NCBI GenBank assembly: GCA_022822545.1
Contig: JAJEBE010000024.1
Span: 29,509 to 93,508 of the forward strand
Direction of reading: 5' to 3'
DNA from: Anaerolineae bacterium
GTDB lineage: Bacteria > Chloroflexota > Anaerolineae > Aggregatilineales > Phototrophicaceae
Length of the DNA stretch: 64,000 bases
Notes under the pieces: model-generated
Database searches by the model: none
What the model was told of the DNA's origin: nothing
The model's input: the letters and a program-made list of their open reading frames with translations, nothing else
Part shown: positions 8,571-18,569 of the stretch, in pieces
Layout: every line of letters starts with the position of its first letter
How positions within the stretch are numbered: position 1 is the stretch's first letter
Program-made: the position numbers and the translations under genes

Positions 8571-9815
8571 TCAGGCGGGCTTCAAATACAGCTTGACCAC
8601 CGGCGCTTCCACAGGCGGCTGCACGACCGGCAACTCCAAACGCGCCGTGTTTTCCTCATCGACGCTGAAATGAATCTCGCTGCCATCGTGCAGGAATTCG
8701 GCATAGTCGATGCGGTCGCCGAAGCCATCAATATGCAAGTGTTTGAAAGGGTAGGCGAAGATATGCGCGTAGAGCCGGTCGCCATTCTGCGTCAGACGGC
8801 AGTCTTGCGGCGCCTTGTGAACGCTGGCGGTACAGCCGTAGATCGCCTCGCCGTGCTGCGACATCCAATCACGATAGACGCCGAGGGCCGCCTCCGCCCG
8901 CATGTCCAATTCGCCGCGCGCCGTAGGGCCGACATTCATCAGCAAGTTGCCGCCGGTGGCGACGGTGTTGACCAACATGCGAATCAATTGGCCCGGGCTT
9001 TTCCAGGTGGCTTCATCGCGGTGGTAGCCCCAACTGCCGCTGAAGGTCTGGCAGGTCTCCCAGACGACCGGCTCGCCATCGACATGCACCCAGCCGCGCG
9101 GCTGAAACTGCTCCGGCGTATAGATATCGGCTGACGAGGGCAGGTCCAGCCGATTGTTGATGATGATATCCGGTTGCAGCGAGCGGCTCAGCGCTTCCAG
9201 GCCTTCGCTGTCCCAGTCATCGCGGCCTTTGCCGCCCTCGCCCGGGTAGGAGAAGTCATACCAGATGACATCAATTTTCCCGTAATTCGTCAGCAATTCC
9301 CGCACCTGATTTTTCATGTAGTCGCGGTAGCGGCTCATCTCGCGGCCTTCATTCAAGCGCGCGCGCTCGGGATGGTTGCGCTGGGCGTGAATTCGGTCGA
9401 CCGGGAAATCGGGATGATGCCAGTCGATCAGCGAATAATAGAAGCCGACCTTCAAGCCGCGCTCGCGAAAGGCGCGAACGACCTCTTTGAGCAGGTCGCC
9501 GCCCCAAGGCGTATTGGTGGCTTTGTAATCGGTGTATTGAGAATCCCAGAGGCAGAAGCCATCGTGATGCTTGGAGGTGATGACCATGTACTTCATGCCG
9601 GCCGCCGCCGCCAGATCCGCCCAGCGGTCGGGATCAAAACGGACCGGATTGAAATACTTGAAGTAGGGCGCGTATTGCTCGTCCGTCATCTCCTCGCGCT
9701 GCTTGACCCATTCATGACGCGCGGGCAGGGCATACAAGCCCCAGTGGATGAACATGCCGAAGCGGTCCTGCACGAACCAATCGGTTTTGCCTTTTGTCGG
9801 CTTGGGCTGATACAT
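8571..9815 (-). CDS. alpha-L-fucosidase (GH29)
   Basis: WFVQDRFGMFIHWGLYA and YMVITSKHHDGFCLWDS motifs, plus a length characteristic of GH29. Confidence 0.9.
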   Translation of the reverse strand: MYQPKPTKGKTDWFVQDRFGMFIHWGLYALPARHEWVKQREEMTDEQYAPYFKYFNPVRFDPDRWADLAAAAGMKYMVITSKHHDGFCLWDSQYTDYKATNTPWGGDLLKEVVRAFRERGLKVGFYYSLIDWHHPDFPVDRIHAQRNHPERARLNEGREMSRYRDYMKNQVRELLTNYGKIDVIWYDFSYPGEGGKGRDDWDSEGLEALSRSLQPDIIINNRLDLPSSADIYTPEQFQPRGWVHVDGEPVVWETCQTFSGSWGYHRDEATWKSPGQLIRMLVNTVATGGNLLMNVGPTARGELDMRAEAALGVYRDWMSQHGEAIYGCTASVHKAPQDCRLTQNGDRLYAHIFAYPFKHLHIDGFGDRIDYAEFLHDGSEIHFSVDEENTARLELPVVQPPVEAPVVKLYLKPA

Positions 9816-9867
9816 ATTGCCTTCTCCTTTCGCTTGGTCGCCAATCTCCTGTGATTTGCCTTGGGAA

Positions 9868-10902
9868 CTACTCGGGTATAGTAATGGCGTATTCGTCCGC
9901 CAGCGCGCGGAGATCCGCCCAGACCGCGTCCGGCAGGGGAATGCCCGCCTCGGCCCGTTCCGTGTAGGAGCGCGCTTCCGGCTCGCCCGGCGTTAGCACC
10001 TCAGCAAAACCTGCCGCCGGTTTCACCGCTTTGACGCGCCGCTTCAGCGCGTCGACATGCTGGACGAAGTCGGTCTCTTCGTCGAAGGCTGCCGGGGCCA
10101 GCGCGATCAAGAGCGTGGGATTGCCAAAATGAAACTCGGGCGAACTGATTGGCCGGTGCCCGGCGAGCAGGGTCGGGATGATCTCCATCATCATCGCCAG
10201 CCCCGAACCCTTGTGGGCGCCCATGGGCAGCAGCACCGCGCCATCGTCGAGGATGCTCGCGTCCGTGCTTGGCCGCCCCGCCTTGTCCAGCAGCATGCCG
10301 CTCGGCAGGGGCGCGCCTTTTGCCTGCGCCAGCACCATCTTGCCGTGGGCGATGCCGGCGGTGGCGAAATCGAGCAGGAGCGTCCCCTCGGCGCAAGGCA
10401 GGGCGAATGACATCGGATTGGTGCCGAAGGTCCGCTCGCGCCCGCCATAAGGCGTCACCCAGCCGCTGTACATCGTGCCGCTGGTGAAGCCGATGCTGAT
10501 CAGTCCGGCCGCGGCGATCATCGCTGTGTATTCGCCCAAGCGCCCGACATGCGTCGACTGCCCCAACGAGACCGCCGCGATGCCATGCTCGCCCCCCATC
10601 TCAGCCGCCAGCTCCGCGGCATAACGCGCGCCGACCTGCCCGAAGCCGTAGCCGCCCGTCACCATGGCGGTCGCGCCGAAGCGTTTCCGCAACCTCGGAC
10701 GCTGCTCGGGCTTTATCATGCCGGTCTCGATCATCGTGACATATTGTTTGACGCGCAAAACGCCATGCGAGTCATGGCCCATGAGGTTGGTCTGCACCAG
10801 GGACTCGGCCACGACCGCGGCGATATCGGCGGGGGCGCCGACGGCGCGGAAGATCTCGCGGCAGAGCTTTTCAAGCGGCTCGGCGTGAATAATGCGCGTC
10901 AT
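9868..10902 (-). CDS. Ldh_2 family oxidoreductase (malate/L-lactate/sulfolactate dehydrogenase type 2)
   Basis: C-terminal 344 aa of the 818-aa shadow ORF, starting at MTRIIHAEP (ATG 10900-10902). GHDSHGV, GTNPMSFALP and PMGAHKGSGLAMMMEI motifs. Confidence 0.85.
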   Translation of the reverse strand: MTRIIHAEPLEKLCREIFRAVGAPADIAAVVAESLVQTNLMGHDSHGVLRVKQYVTMIETGMIKPEQRPRLRKRFGATAMVTGGYGFGQVGARYAAELAAEMGGEHGIAAVSLGQSTHVGRLGEYTAMIAAAGLISIGFTSGTMYSGWVTPYGGRERTFGTNPMSFALPCAEGTLLLDFATAGIAHGKMVLAQAKGAPLPSGMLLDKAGRPSTDASILDDGAVLLPMGAHKGSGLAMMMEIIPTLLAGHRPISSPEFHFGNPTLLIALAPAAFDEETDFVQHVDALKRRVKAVKPAAGFAEVLTPGEPEARSYTERAEAGIPLPDAVWADLRALADEYAITIPE

Positions 10903-11028
10903 GAAATCAGGTCGCCAAGGACAGACATTCCGCCAAGTATATCGGCTACGATGCGGATTGCCAGCGCCGCAGACGGCGGAAGTCAGACAGGTTTGCCCAT
11001 CGCAACAGCCCTGCGGTATGATTCGCGG

Positions 11029-12495
11029 ATGGAACCTGCCAATCTGCTTTTCATCATCTCCGACCAGCATCAGGCGATGGCCATGGGCTGCGCCGGTCAC
11101 CCGCTCGTGCGGACGCCCAACCTCAACCGACTGGCGGCCGGCGGCGTTCGCTTCACCAATGCCTATACCAATTGCGCCATCTGCGTGCCGGCGCGCGCCT
11201 CTTTGGCCACCGGCCAGTATGTGCACAGAATTGGCAATTGGGATAACGGTTTGCCCTACGATGGGAGCCTGCCCAGCTGGGGGCACCGGCTGAAAGCGGC
11301 GGGCTTCCGGGTCGATTCTATCGGCAAGCTGCATTTCCGCAGCGCGGATGATGACAACGGCTTCACGAACGAGATCGAGCCCCTGCATGTCGTCGAGGGC
11401 ATCGGCGACCCCGCCAGCGGCATCCGCGATGGCTCGCTGCGGCGCAACTCGCGCATAGGCATTGACGAAGCCGGCGCCGACGATTCCACTTATCAGCAAT
11501 ACGATATCCGCAACCGCGAAAACGCCATTCGCTGGCTGCATGAGCGCGCGGACGACGACAAGCCCTGGGCGCTGTTTCTGTCTTTCGTGACGCCGCATCC
11601 GCCCTTCCTCGCGCCGCCCGAGAGCTACAATCTCTATCCGCACGCGGATATCGCGCTGCCGCCGCAATGGGATGAGGCCAACTGGCCGCGGCATCCGGCT
11701 TACGATTATATGCGGCGCTTCTTCGGCTCCGACGAGCCTTTTGATGAAACCACGATCCGCCGCCTTCACGCGGCCTACTACGGCATCTGCACCTTCCTTG
11801 ACGACCAGATCGGGCCGGTGCTGGCGACCCTGGATGCCTTGAACCTGCGCGAAACGACGCGCATCATCTACACTTCCGATCACGGCGAGCATTTGGGCGC
11901 GCGCGGCATCTTCGGCAAATTCACCATGTACGAGGAGGCCGCCGCCATACCCTTCATCCTGTCTGGCCCCGATGTGCCGGCCGGCAAAGTCATCGACAGT
12001 CCAATATCGCTGGTCGATTGCTTCCCCACCGTGTTGGATGCCGTCGGTTGCCCGCGCGCCGATCAGGACGCCGACCTGCCGGGCGAGTCGCTCTGGGAGA
12101 TCGCCGCCAGCCCCGATCGAGATCGGACCGTCTTCGCCGAGTATCACGCCATCGGGACGCGAAACGCCTATTACATGCTGCGCGGCCGGCGCTACAAATA
12201 CATCTATCATGTCGCTGCCCGGCCGCAGCTCTTTGACCTGGTCGCCGATCCGGACGAGACGCATGACCTGGCGGCGAATCCCGATGCGCGTACGAGGATC
12301 AGGTTGGCGGATTACGAAGCGCAACTGCGCGCCATACTCGATCCCGAAGCGGTGGACCGGCAGGCGAAAGCTGATCAGCAGCGCCGGATCGAAGCCCTCG
12401 GCGGGCGCGAGGCGGTGGTCGCCCGCGGCGCCTTCATCAATTCGCCCGTGCCGGGCGAAAGGCCGGATTTTCGCAAATTGCAGTCCGTCGATTGA
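11029..12495 (+). CDS. sulfatase (S1 family, Cys-type)
   Basis: Starts MEPANLLFIISDQH (ATG 11029, in frame within ORF 10549..12495). Formylglycine motif CVPARASLATG and SDHGE motif. Confidence 0.9.
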   Translation: MEPANLLFIISDQHQAMAMGCAGHPLVRTPNLNRLAAGGVRFTNAYTNCAICVPARASLATGQYVHRIGNWDNGLPYDGSLPSWGHRLKAAGFRVDSIGKLHFRSADDDNGFTNEIEPLHVVEGIGDPASGIRDGSLRRNSRIGIDEAGADDSTYQQYDIRNRENAIRWLHERADDDKPWALFLSFVTPHPPFLAPPESYNLYPHADIALPPQWDEANWPRHPAYDYMRRFFGSDEPFDETTIRRLHAAYYGICTFLDDQIGPVLATLDALNLRETTRIIYTSDHGEHLGARGIFGKFTMYEEAAAIPFILSGPDVPAGKVIDSPISLVDCFPTVLDAVGCPRADQDADLPGESLWEIAASPDRDRTVFAEYHAIGTRNAYYMLRGRRYKYIYHVAARPQLFDLVADPDETHDLAANPDARTRIRLADYEAQLRAILDPEAVDRQAKADQQRRIEALGGREAVVARGAFINSPVPGERPDFRKLQSVD

Positions 12496-12522
12496 GCTTT
12501 GGCGGAAGAGGCAGTTGTTTCT

Positions 12523-14010
12523 CTATCGGTGGTTCGTCCAATAGTTGCGCAGGTCCGATTTGAACTTGTAACGCCGGCGCGGGTGGGGAAGCGGGTCTTG
12601 TACGCGCAAGGTCCAGGCCAGCAGCTCAGCCAAAAGCTCGCTCTGGATCTCCGCCACCAGCGGCTCGCCATAAAGATTGTGCTCTTCCAGCGGATCACCG
12701 CGCAGGTCGTACAACTGTCCCGCGCCTTGCATATCGAAGATGAGCTTCCAGTTGCCGCGGCGAACCATACGCATCGTACCGCTTTGCGACCAGCCATTCA
12801 GCTCGTCAAAGGCCACTCCCGGCTGCAAGCCGTCTTCGGCCGGGTCGAATTCATCCTCGGCTGTATAATGCAGACCGCCAAAGCCGTGCTCGGCATAGAC
12901 GCTGGCGAATTCCTCGCGCGGATAATCCTCGCCCAGCAGCAGCGGCTTCAGGCTGCGCCCCTGCACGCCGGCGGGCAAGGGCTCGTCAATGAAGTCGCAG
13001 ATGGTCGGCATGATGTCGGCGAGTGAGATATGCGCCTCGTGCGGCTCAGGCTGCGCCGCGATGCCCGGTCCGGCCCAACTGAATGGAATGCGGGTCAGCA
13101 CTTCGGGCAGTTCCGGCCCTTTACGCGCCAAGCCGTATTCGCCGACGAAGTCGCCATGGTCGGATAAGAAGATCAAGTGCGTATTATCGCGCAGGTTTTG
13201 ATCTTCGAGGAAGATCACAAATCGGCGAACTTGATCGTCGATCAAGCGCAGCATTCCCATGTAGTTCGCGCGCGCTCGCGGCAACTGCTCGGCGTAGTTG
13301 TCAAAGGCGACCTCGCCGATATGCCGCGTCCACTGGAATTTGAACCCCTTGCCCGCCAGCGACGAGGCGTCAGTCTTGGTCGGCGGCAGGGACTCCGGCG
13401 GAAACAGTGAGAAGTACGGCTGCGGCGCCTGATAAGGATTATGCGGCTCCGGGAAGGATAGCCAGAGAAAGAATGGCGCCCCGCCGTCAAGCGACTCGAT
13501 CCAGTTGATAGACGCGCTGACCGCGCGCCAGGGGCACTGCGTCTCCAGTGGGAAGGGCGCTGCTTCCAGGTCGGCGCGATGATTGAGATTGAGCAGGTAA
13601 TCATCGAAGGCCTTCTCGTCATCGCTGCGGTCATCGCCTTTGCCGCCGGCATGTCCCAACTCAAACCAGTCGTCGACGCGCTCCGGCGTCAAGTGGGAAT
13701 GATTCTTGCCGCACAGCGCGGTGCGATAGCCCTTGTCGCGCAGGATATCGATCAGGTCGCGGCTGTAGGTGGCATCCTCTTTGTTGTGATTGCTGCGGGC
13801 GCGCGTCGCCGAGGGATAGCGCCCGGTCAGCATGCTGATGCGCGCCGGCAGGCAGGCGGGCATGGTGGTGTAGGCGCGGTTGAACCAAAGCCCCTGACGC
13901 GCTAGCTCATCCAGAAACGGCGTGGTATCCAGCGGGAAGCCCTCGCGCCGGCACAGGTCGGCTCGTTGCTGATCGGTCATGATGATCACAAAATTCGGGC
14001 GTTCCGTCAT
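12523..14010 (-). CDS. sulfatase (S1 family, Cys-type)
   Basis: MTERPNFVIIMTDQQR N-terminus, CLPARISMLTGR motif and LSDHGD motif. Confidence 0.9.
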   Translation of the reverse strand: MTERPNFVIIMTDQQRADLCRREGFPLDTTPFLDELARQGLWFNRAYTTMPACLPARISMLTGRYPSATRARSNHNKEDATYSRDLIDILRDKGYRTALCGKNHSHLTPERVDDWFELGHAGGKGDDRSDDEKAFDDYLLNLNHRADLEAAPFPLETQCPWRAVSASINWIESLDGGAPFFLWLSFPEPHNPYQAPQPYFSLFPPESLPPTKTDASSLAGKGFKFQWTRHIGEVAFDNYAEQLPRARANYMGMLRLIDDQVRRFVIFLEDQNLRDNTHLIFLSDHGDFVGEYGLARKGPELPEVLTRIPFSWAGPGIAAQPEPHEAHISLADIMPTICDFIDEPLPAGVQGRSLKPLLLGEDYPREEFASVYAEHGFGGLHYTAEDEFDPAEDGLQPGVAFDELNGWSQSGTMRMVRRGNWKLIFDMQGAGQLYDLRGDPLEEHNLYGEPLVAEIQSELLAELLAWTLRVQDPLPHPRRRYKFKSDLRNYWTNHR

Positions 14011-14045
14011 AAGACTTCTACCACCGAAGTTTAAGCCCTCCCCCT

Positions 14046-14068
14046 ATATGGAGGAGGGTTCTGATGTG
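14046..14068 (-). other. intercistronic stem-loop between SBP and sulfatase genes
   Basis: On the minus strand, CCCTCCTCC-ATATA-GGGGGAGGG (9 bp including one G-U). Lies in the 62-nt spacer between stop 14073 and start 14010. Confidence 0.5.
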
Positions 14069-14072
14069 GGGG

Positions 14073-15353
14073 CTATAGCAAACGATTCACTTCGGAGACG
14101 ATGTCGTCGCAGACTTCCTGCGCCGTCACTCCGCCGACCCAAAGCCGTTCCAACTGGCTCTGCGCGATCTGTTGCGCCTGCGTGAACTGCGGATGACGCG
14201 GGTCCGGGCGCAGATAGTCGTTGCCCTTGGTGAAGACCAATATATCCGCCGGCGGTTCGCCCGGCTTGAGGAATACATCTGATTCCGCTACCGATGTCAG
14301 CGGCGGCACGATGCCCATGATATCGGTCCACAGCGAGACGCAGTCTGTCGAAATCAGGAATTTCAGGAATTCCCAGGATTCGTCCGGTTGCTGCGTGAAG
14401 GCGGATACTGTATGGCCGGTGCCGCCGCCGGAGGTCGACTTGCCCGCGGCCCCGGCCGGGTGAGGCGCCACGTTCCATTCGAACTTGTCAGCGATATTGG
14501 TGCGCATCCGTCCGATCGCCGGCCACCAGGTCTCCATCGCGGTCACACCGGATTGGAAGAGCTCGCCGGAGCCCATCTCGGACGCCACATCGAGCGGTGG
14601 CGCCACCTCGTGCACGTGAATAAGATCGCCCAGGAATTGCAGCGCTTCCACCGCTTCCGGCGAATTCAGGATGCACTCAGTGCCTTCTTCGTTGAAGAAG
14701 GCGCCGCCGTTGGCGGTCACCCAGATCCACCAGGCGCGGAAGCCCGTCTTGACCTGCCAGCCCCAAACGCCCGCTTCCTTGTCGGTTAGGGCGATCGCCT
14801 TCTCGAGGAAAGCGTCCCAGGTCCAGGATTCATCTTCCCAGTCGGCAGGCGGCGCATCAATGCCGGCCGCGTCAAAGAGCGTCTTGTTGTAGAACAACTG
14901 CTGATTGGGCGCATCGACCGGGAAGCCGTATTGCACACCGTCGACATTATAGAGCTTCAAGTTCTGTTGTGAGATATCCGAGGTATCGAAGTTGTCCCGC
15001 GCCAAATAATCGTCCAGCGCCAGCAGTTGGCCGCGCGCTACGAAGGGTTCAATCGCGCCGTTGCCGAGGAACATCACATCGGGATAATCGCCACCCGCCA
15101 GCTGCGTTTGCAGTTTTGTCATGTAGTCTGAGCCGGGCGTATGGATGAACTCGATGTCGATCGCGTCTTGCATCTCATCGTAGAGCGCCAGCGTGGCCTC
15201 ACGCGCTTGCACCTCGGTCGGATTGCCCCAGGCGGTAAGCCGCAGGGTGACAGCATCCTGCGCCAATGCCGACCAGGGAGATGACGCGATCGCCGCGCCA
15301 AAAGCGGACATAGACGAAAACTTCAGGAAATCTCGTCGGGATAGCTTATACAT
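14073..15353 (-). CDS. ABC transporter solute-binding protein (family 1, carbohydrate type), Tat signal
   Basis: MYKLSRRDFLKFSS twin-arginine signal. AAGGA lies 8 nt upstream of ATG 15353; ORF track start 15371 is the alternative. Typical sugar SBP length. Confidence 0.9.
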   Translation of the reverse strand: MYKLSRRDFLKFSSMSAFGAAIASSPWSALAQDAVTLRLTAWGNPTEVQAREATLALYDEMQDAIDIEFIHTPGSDYMTKLQTQLAGGDYPDVMFLGNGAIEPFVARGQLLALDDYLARDNFDTSDISQQNLKLYNVDGVQYGFPVDAPNQQLFYNKTLFDAAGIDAPPADWEDESWTWDAFLEKAIALTDKEAGVWGWQVKTGFRAWWIWVTANGGAFFNEEGTECILNSPEAVEALQFLGDLIHVHEVAPPLDVASEMGSGELFQSGVTAMETWWPAIGRMRTNIADKFEWNVAPHPAGAAGKSTSGGGTGHTVSAFTQQPDESWEFLKFLISTDCVSLWTDIMGIVPPLTSVAESDVFLKPGEPPADILVFTKGNDYLRPDPRHPQFTQAQQIAQSQLERLWVGGVTAQEVCDDIVSEVNRLL

Positions 15354-15429
15354 AACCGATTCCTTTCTCATTAAATGTTGAACGTGGCCTCCAATTCTGA
15401 TTTTGTTCGCGCCGCGCCTCCTTTCGACC

Positions 15430-16299
15430 TTAGCCTTTCACGCCCGTGATGACTACGCCCTGAATCATGTAGCGCTGCGTGAAGAAGAAGACAGTGACCA
15501 CAGGCGCCATAAACAAGATATTCGCCGCCATCATCAACTCCCAATCGGTCCCGTGCGTCTCATCCATGAAGGTCCGCAAGCCAACCGCGGCGGTCAAGGA
15601 CTCGGTCCGATTGAGATAGATCAGCGGCGCCAGGAATTCGCGCCACTTGAACTGCGCGAACATCAGCGCGGCCACCCCCAGCGCCGGTTTGCTCATCGGC
15701 AAGATGATGCGCCAATAGACCTGAAAATGACTGGCGCCGTCCATGCGCGCGGCGTCATCGAGGTCGAGCGGGATGGTCATAAAGAATTGCCGCAGCAGGA
15801 AAACGTAGAAGGCATTGCGCGCGAACCAGGCCGGCAGCGTGATAGGGAAGTAGGTGTTGATCCAGCCCAGCTCCTTGAAAAGGATAAAGGTCGGGATCAA
15901 TGTCACTTGGGTAGGCAGCATCATCGTCGCCAACAGCACCAGGAAGAGCTTGTCGCGGAAGGGCCAGCGCAAACGCGAAAATGCGAATGCCGCCAAGCTG
16001 CATGATAGCAGCGTCCCGATCGTGGAAATCACGACTACAAAAAGCGAATTCAGCAACCAGCGGGCAAAGGGACGATCGACCAATACCCGAACGTAGTTGG
16101 ATGGCTCGGCTGGATTCGGTATCAGCTGCGGCGGTATCTGATAGACCTGATCCGGCGTTTTCAGCGATGTGGAAAAGGTCCAAAGAAAGGGGAATAGGAC
16201 GATGACCGCGCCGCCGATCAAGATGAGGTAGATGACGAATTTCTGAATCGCATCGGTGCGCTGGCGGTTCTTCTTCCGCCCCAAGCTAAGCGTCGTCAT
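15430..16299 (-). CDS. carbohydrate ABC transporter permease (MalG-type)
   Basis: Start MTTLSLGRKK at 16297-16299 overlaps the upstream stop (ATGA). EAA loop DDAARMDGASHFQVYWRIILP and six hydrophobic segments. Confidence 0.9.
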   Translation of the reverse strand: MTTLSLGRKKNRQRTDAIQKFVIYLILIGGAVIVLFPFLWTFSTSLKTPDQVYQIPPQLIPNPAEPSNYVRVLVDRPFARWLLNSLFVVVISTIGTLLSCSLAAFAFSRLRWPFRDKLFLVLLATMMLPTQVTLIPTFILFKELGWINTYFPITLPAWFARNAFYVFLLRQFFMTIPLDLDDAARMDGASHFQVYWRIILPMSKPALGVAALMFAQFKWREFLAPLIYLNRTESLTAAVGLRTFMDETHGTDWELMMAANILFMAPVVTVFFFTQRYMIQGVVITGVKG

Positions 16300-17159
16300 T
16301 CGCCCCGTCCTTTTAGAGAGCCCTCGTAATAGACCCAGGCTTTGGAGGACCGAAGCACCAGCACAGACAGCACCAGTACGTAGAAAAAGATGACCCAAGC
16401 GATTGCCGATGCGTAGCCCATCTTGAACCATTGGAAGGCGTGGCGATACAGATATAACACGATAAACAGGCTGGCGTTGGCGGGCCCGCCTTCAGTCAGA
16501 ATGAAGGGCGTTTGGAATTCCTGCAAGCTGATGATGATGCCATTGATCAAAGTAAAGAAGATGACCGGAGTAATCATGGGCACGGTGATTTTGAAGAATT
16601 TGCGAAAGGAGCCCGCGCCATCAACCTCGGCTGCTTCATACAGCTCAGTCGGTACGCTTTGCAGCGCGCCCAGATAGATGAGCATATTGGCGCCGCTGCC
16701 CCAGACGCTCATCAAGATAAAGCTGAGGAGCACGATATCGGGGTCGCCCAGCCATGAGACTGGTTCAATGCCCAGGAGCTTCAAGGCGCCGTTCAGCAGG
16801 CCGTACTGCGTACCGAAGATCCAGCGAAACATGATCGCAATCGAGACTCCGCTAAGCACCGACGGCAAATAGTAAACCGAGCGGAACATGCCAAGCAGGC
16901 GAATCTTCTGGTTGAGCAACTGCGCCAGCGCCAAGCCAACCGCGATCTGAATCGGCACGCTGAATACGGCGTATAGTGTGGTCACGCGGAAAGACAGCCA
17001 GAAGGTATTGTCATCAGTCAACAAGGCGTGGAAATTGTCCAGCCCGAGGAAGCGCGGCGGCGTGAACAAATCCCAACGCGTCATCGACAAGTACAGGCTG
17101 GCGATCATGGGACCGGCGATGAAGAAGACAAAGCCGAAAATCCAGGGCGCGGCCATCAC
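16296..17159 (-). CDS. carbohydrate ABC transporter permease (MalF-type)
   Basis: EAA loop YEAAEVDGAGSFRKFFKITVP. The first canonical start is GTG 17157-17159. The conserved-looking N-terminal stretch LTYRQSEALAGF continues upstream, where only CTG codons (17193-17195, 17169-17171) exist before stop 17217-17219. Confidence 0.85.
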   Translation of the reverse strand: MMAAPWIFGFVFFIAGPMIASLYLSMTRWDLFTPPRFLGLDNFHALLTDDNTFWLSFRVTTLYAVFSVPIQIAVGLALAQLLNQKIRLLGMFRSVYYLPSVLSGVSIAIMFRWIFGTQYGLLNGALKLLGIEPVSWLGDPDIVLLSFILMSVWGSGANMLIYLGALQSVPTELYEAAEVDGAGSFRKFFKITVPMITPVIFFTLINGIIISLQEFQTPFILTEGGPANASLFIVLYLYRHAFQWFKMGYASAIAWVIFFYVLVLSVLVLRSSKAWVYYEGSLKGRGE

Positions 17160-17387
17160 AAAACCCGCCAGCGCCTCGGATTGACGATAGGTCAGGTGAA
17201 AGCGAGGATCTGTTTTTTAGGCTCCGGCAGATGTGTAGAGTTAATCAAAGAAGTGTACGAAAATACTTTTATCATACAATAATGCCTATTGTAACAAACA
17301 AATATACTGGCAGGCAAAATCTACAGGGCAATCGCTTCAAACTGAAAACCCGCGCAAACGGACTGAATTCATCCACCTAAGCCATTT

Positions 17388-17413
17388 GTAGGGGCGACCT
17401 AGTAGGTCGCCCG
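17388..17413 (+). repeat. GTAG-type REP-like palindrome, copy R3
   Basis: GTAGGGGCGACCTAGTAGGTCGCCCG. Forms an inverted doublet with R4 (23-nt spacer). Confidence 0.85.
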
Positions 17414-17436
17414 ACGAGTAGAAACAGAATTTGCAG

Positions 17437-17462
17437 CGGGCGACTTGATAAGTCGCCCCTAC
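17437..17462 (-). repeat. GTAG-type REP-like palindrome, copy R4
   Basis: Plus strand CGGGCGACTTGATAAGTCGCCCCTAC. Confidence 0.85.
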
Positions 17463-17639
17463 ATCGTATCTTTTTGCCAGCAAGTGGATAAACATCGGCG
17501 CCTTCAGCGCACTCGGTAGTCAAGAAATTTTGAAGCGATTGCCCTGGCCACCCCCCAACGAGGCGAGCATTTGCAAAGATCCGCGCGCTGCAATAGAATC
17601 TTTACACTATCTTCTGATGTCGGATGACTGTCTCGTGAA

Positions 17640-18569
17640 ATGGGATCCGCCAAGATAGCAAACGGAAGGCGCTATCCCTTGCGCCTTTCGAAGATCGAAC
17701 GGCAAGATGCCCTCGTCGGCTTCCTCTTCATCGCGCCTTTCATTATCCTGTACTTGATATTCAACTTCGTCCCTATCTTGCAGGGCTTCTGGATTTCGCT
17801 GCATAACTGGGATGTAATCGGCACAAACATTAAGTTCGTCGGCCTGCGGAATTACGAGATTCTCTTCGGCAAGGACAAACTCTTCTGGTCGTCGCTTGAG
17901 CACACCCTGTTTTTCGCCGTGCTCGCCGGACCGGGCTTGATCATCACCGGCTTGGCGCTGGCTCTCATGCTGAATCAACGGGTGCGCGGCATCGGCATCT
18001 TTCGCACTGTTTTCTATATGCCCAATATCCTGTCGGTGACGGTCGTCGGTTTGGTCTTTGCCCGTGTCTTCGCGCCCGGCGAGCGCGGGTTCGTAAACGC
18101 CATACTTGATTCGCTCGGGATATCGATGGGCTCCTGGTTTCTCGATGAAGCCAGCGCCATGCCAACAATCGCAATCACCAAAGTCTGGTGGTCGGTCGGT
18201 TTTAATATGCTGATCTTCTTGGCTGGCTTGCAGGATATTCCACAGGCGCTGTATGACGCGGCCAAAGTGGACGGCGGCGGCCGCTGGGCGCTTTTCCGTC
18301 ATGTCACGCTGCCGGGCTTGCGGCGGCCCATGCTCTTTGTGATTGTCTTGCAGGTGATCGCCTCGGTTCAGGTCTTCCCGCTGATTGACGTGCTCACTGG
18401 CGGCGGACCGGCCGGCAGCACCCGTCCGCTGGTGATGTATCTCTTCGAGCGTTCCTTTGATTATTGGCAATTGGGTTACGGTTCAGCCATCGCTTTTGTG
18501 CTTTTCGTCTTCCTGTTTTCCATCTCAATTTTTCAACTCTGGTTCTTCAGCCGCGGAGAAGTTGATTGA
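17640..18569 (+). CDS. carbohydrate ABC transporter permease (MalF-type)
   Basis: RQDALVGFLFIAPFII N-terminus and EAA loop YDAAKVDGGGRWALFRHVTLP. Confidence 0.9.
   Translation: MGSAKIANGRRYPLRLSKIERQDALVGFLFIAPFIILYLIFNFVPILQGFWISLHNWDVIGTNIKFVGLRNYEILFGKDKLFWSSLEHTLFFAVLAGPGLIITGLALALMLNQRVRGIGIFRTVFYMPNILSVTVVGLVFARVFAPGERGFVNAILDSLGISMGSWFLDEASAMPTIAITKVWWSVGFNMLIFLAGLQDIPQALYDAAKVDGGGRWALFRHVTLPGLRRPMLFVIVLQVIASVQVFPLIDVLTGGGPAGSTRPLVMYLFERSFDYWQLGYGSAIAFVLFVFLFSISIFQLWFFSRGEVD

Larger units (their letters stand above)
17324..17546. repeat. 223-bp quasi-palindromic element: 18-bp perfect terminal inverted repeats enclosing the R3/R4 doublet (MITE-like, or paired operator sites)
   Basis: CAGGGCAATCGCTTCAAA at 17324-17341 is the exact reverse complement of 17529-17546 (TTTGAAGCGATTGCCCTG). 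An inner weaker mirror is ATCCACCT 17371-17378 versus AAGTGGAT 17482-17489. Centre is near 17425-17435. Confidence 0.6.

Noticed and set aside
17157-17219. The MalF-type permease of the minus operon seems to lack a canonical start upstream of its conserved N-terminal segment. Only CTG codons lie between stop 17217-17219 and GTG 17157-17159.
   Set aside because: This is probably just initiation at GTG 17159 with a shorter cytoplasmic N-terminus. A rare CTG start cannot be shown from sequence alone.
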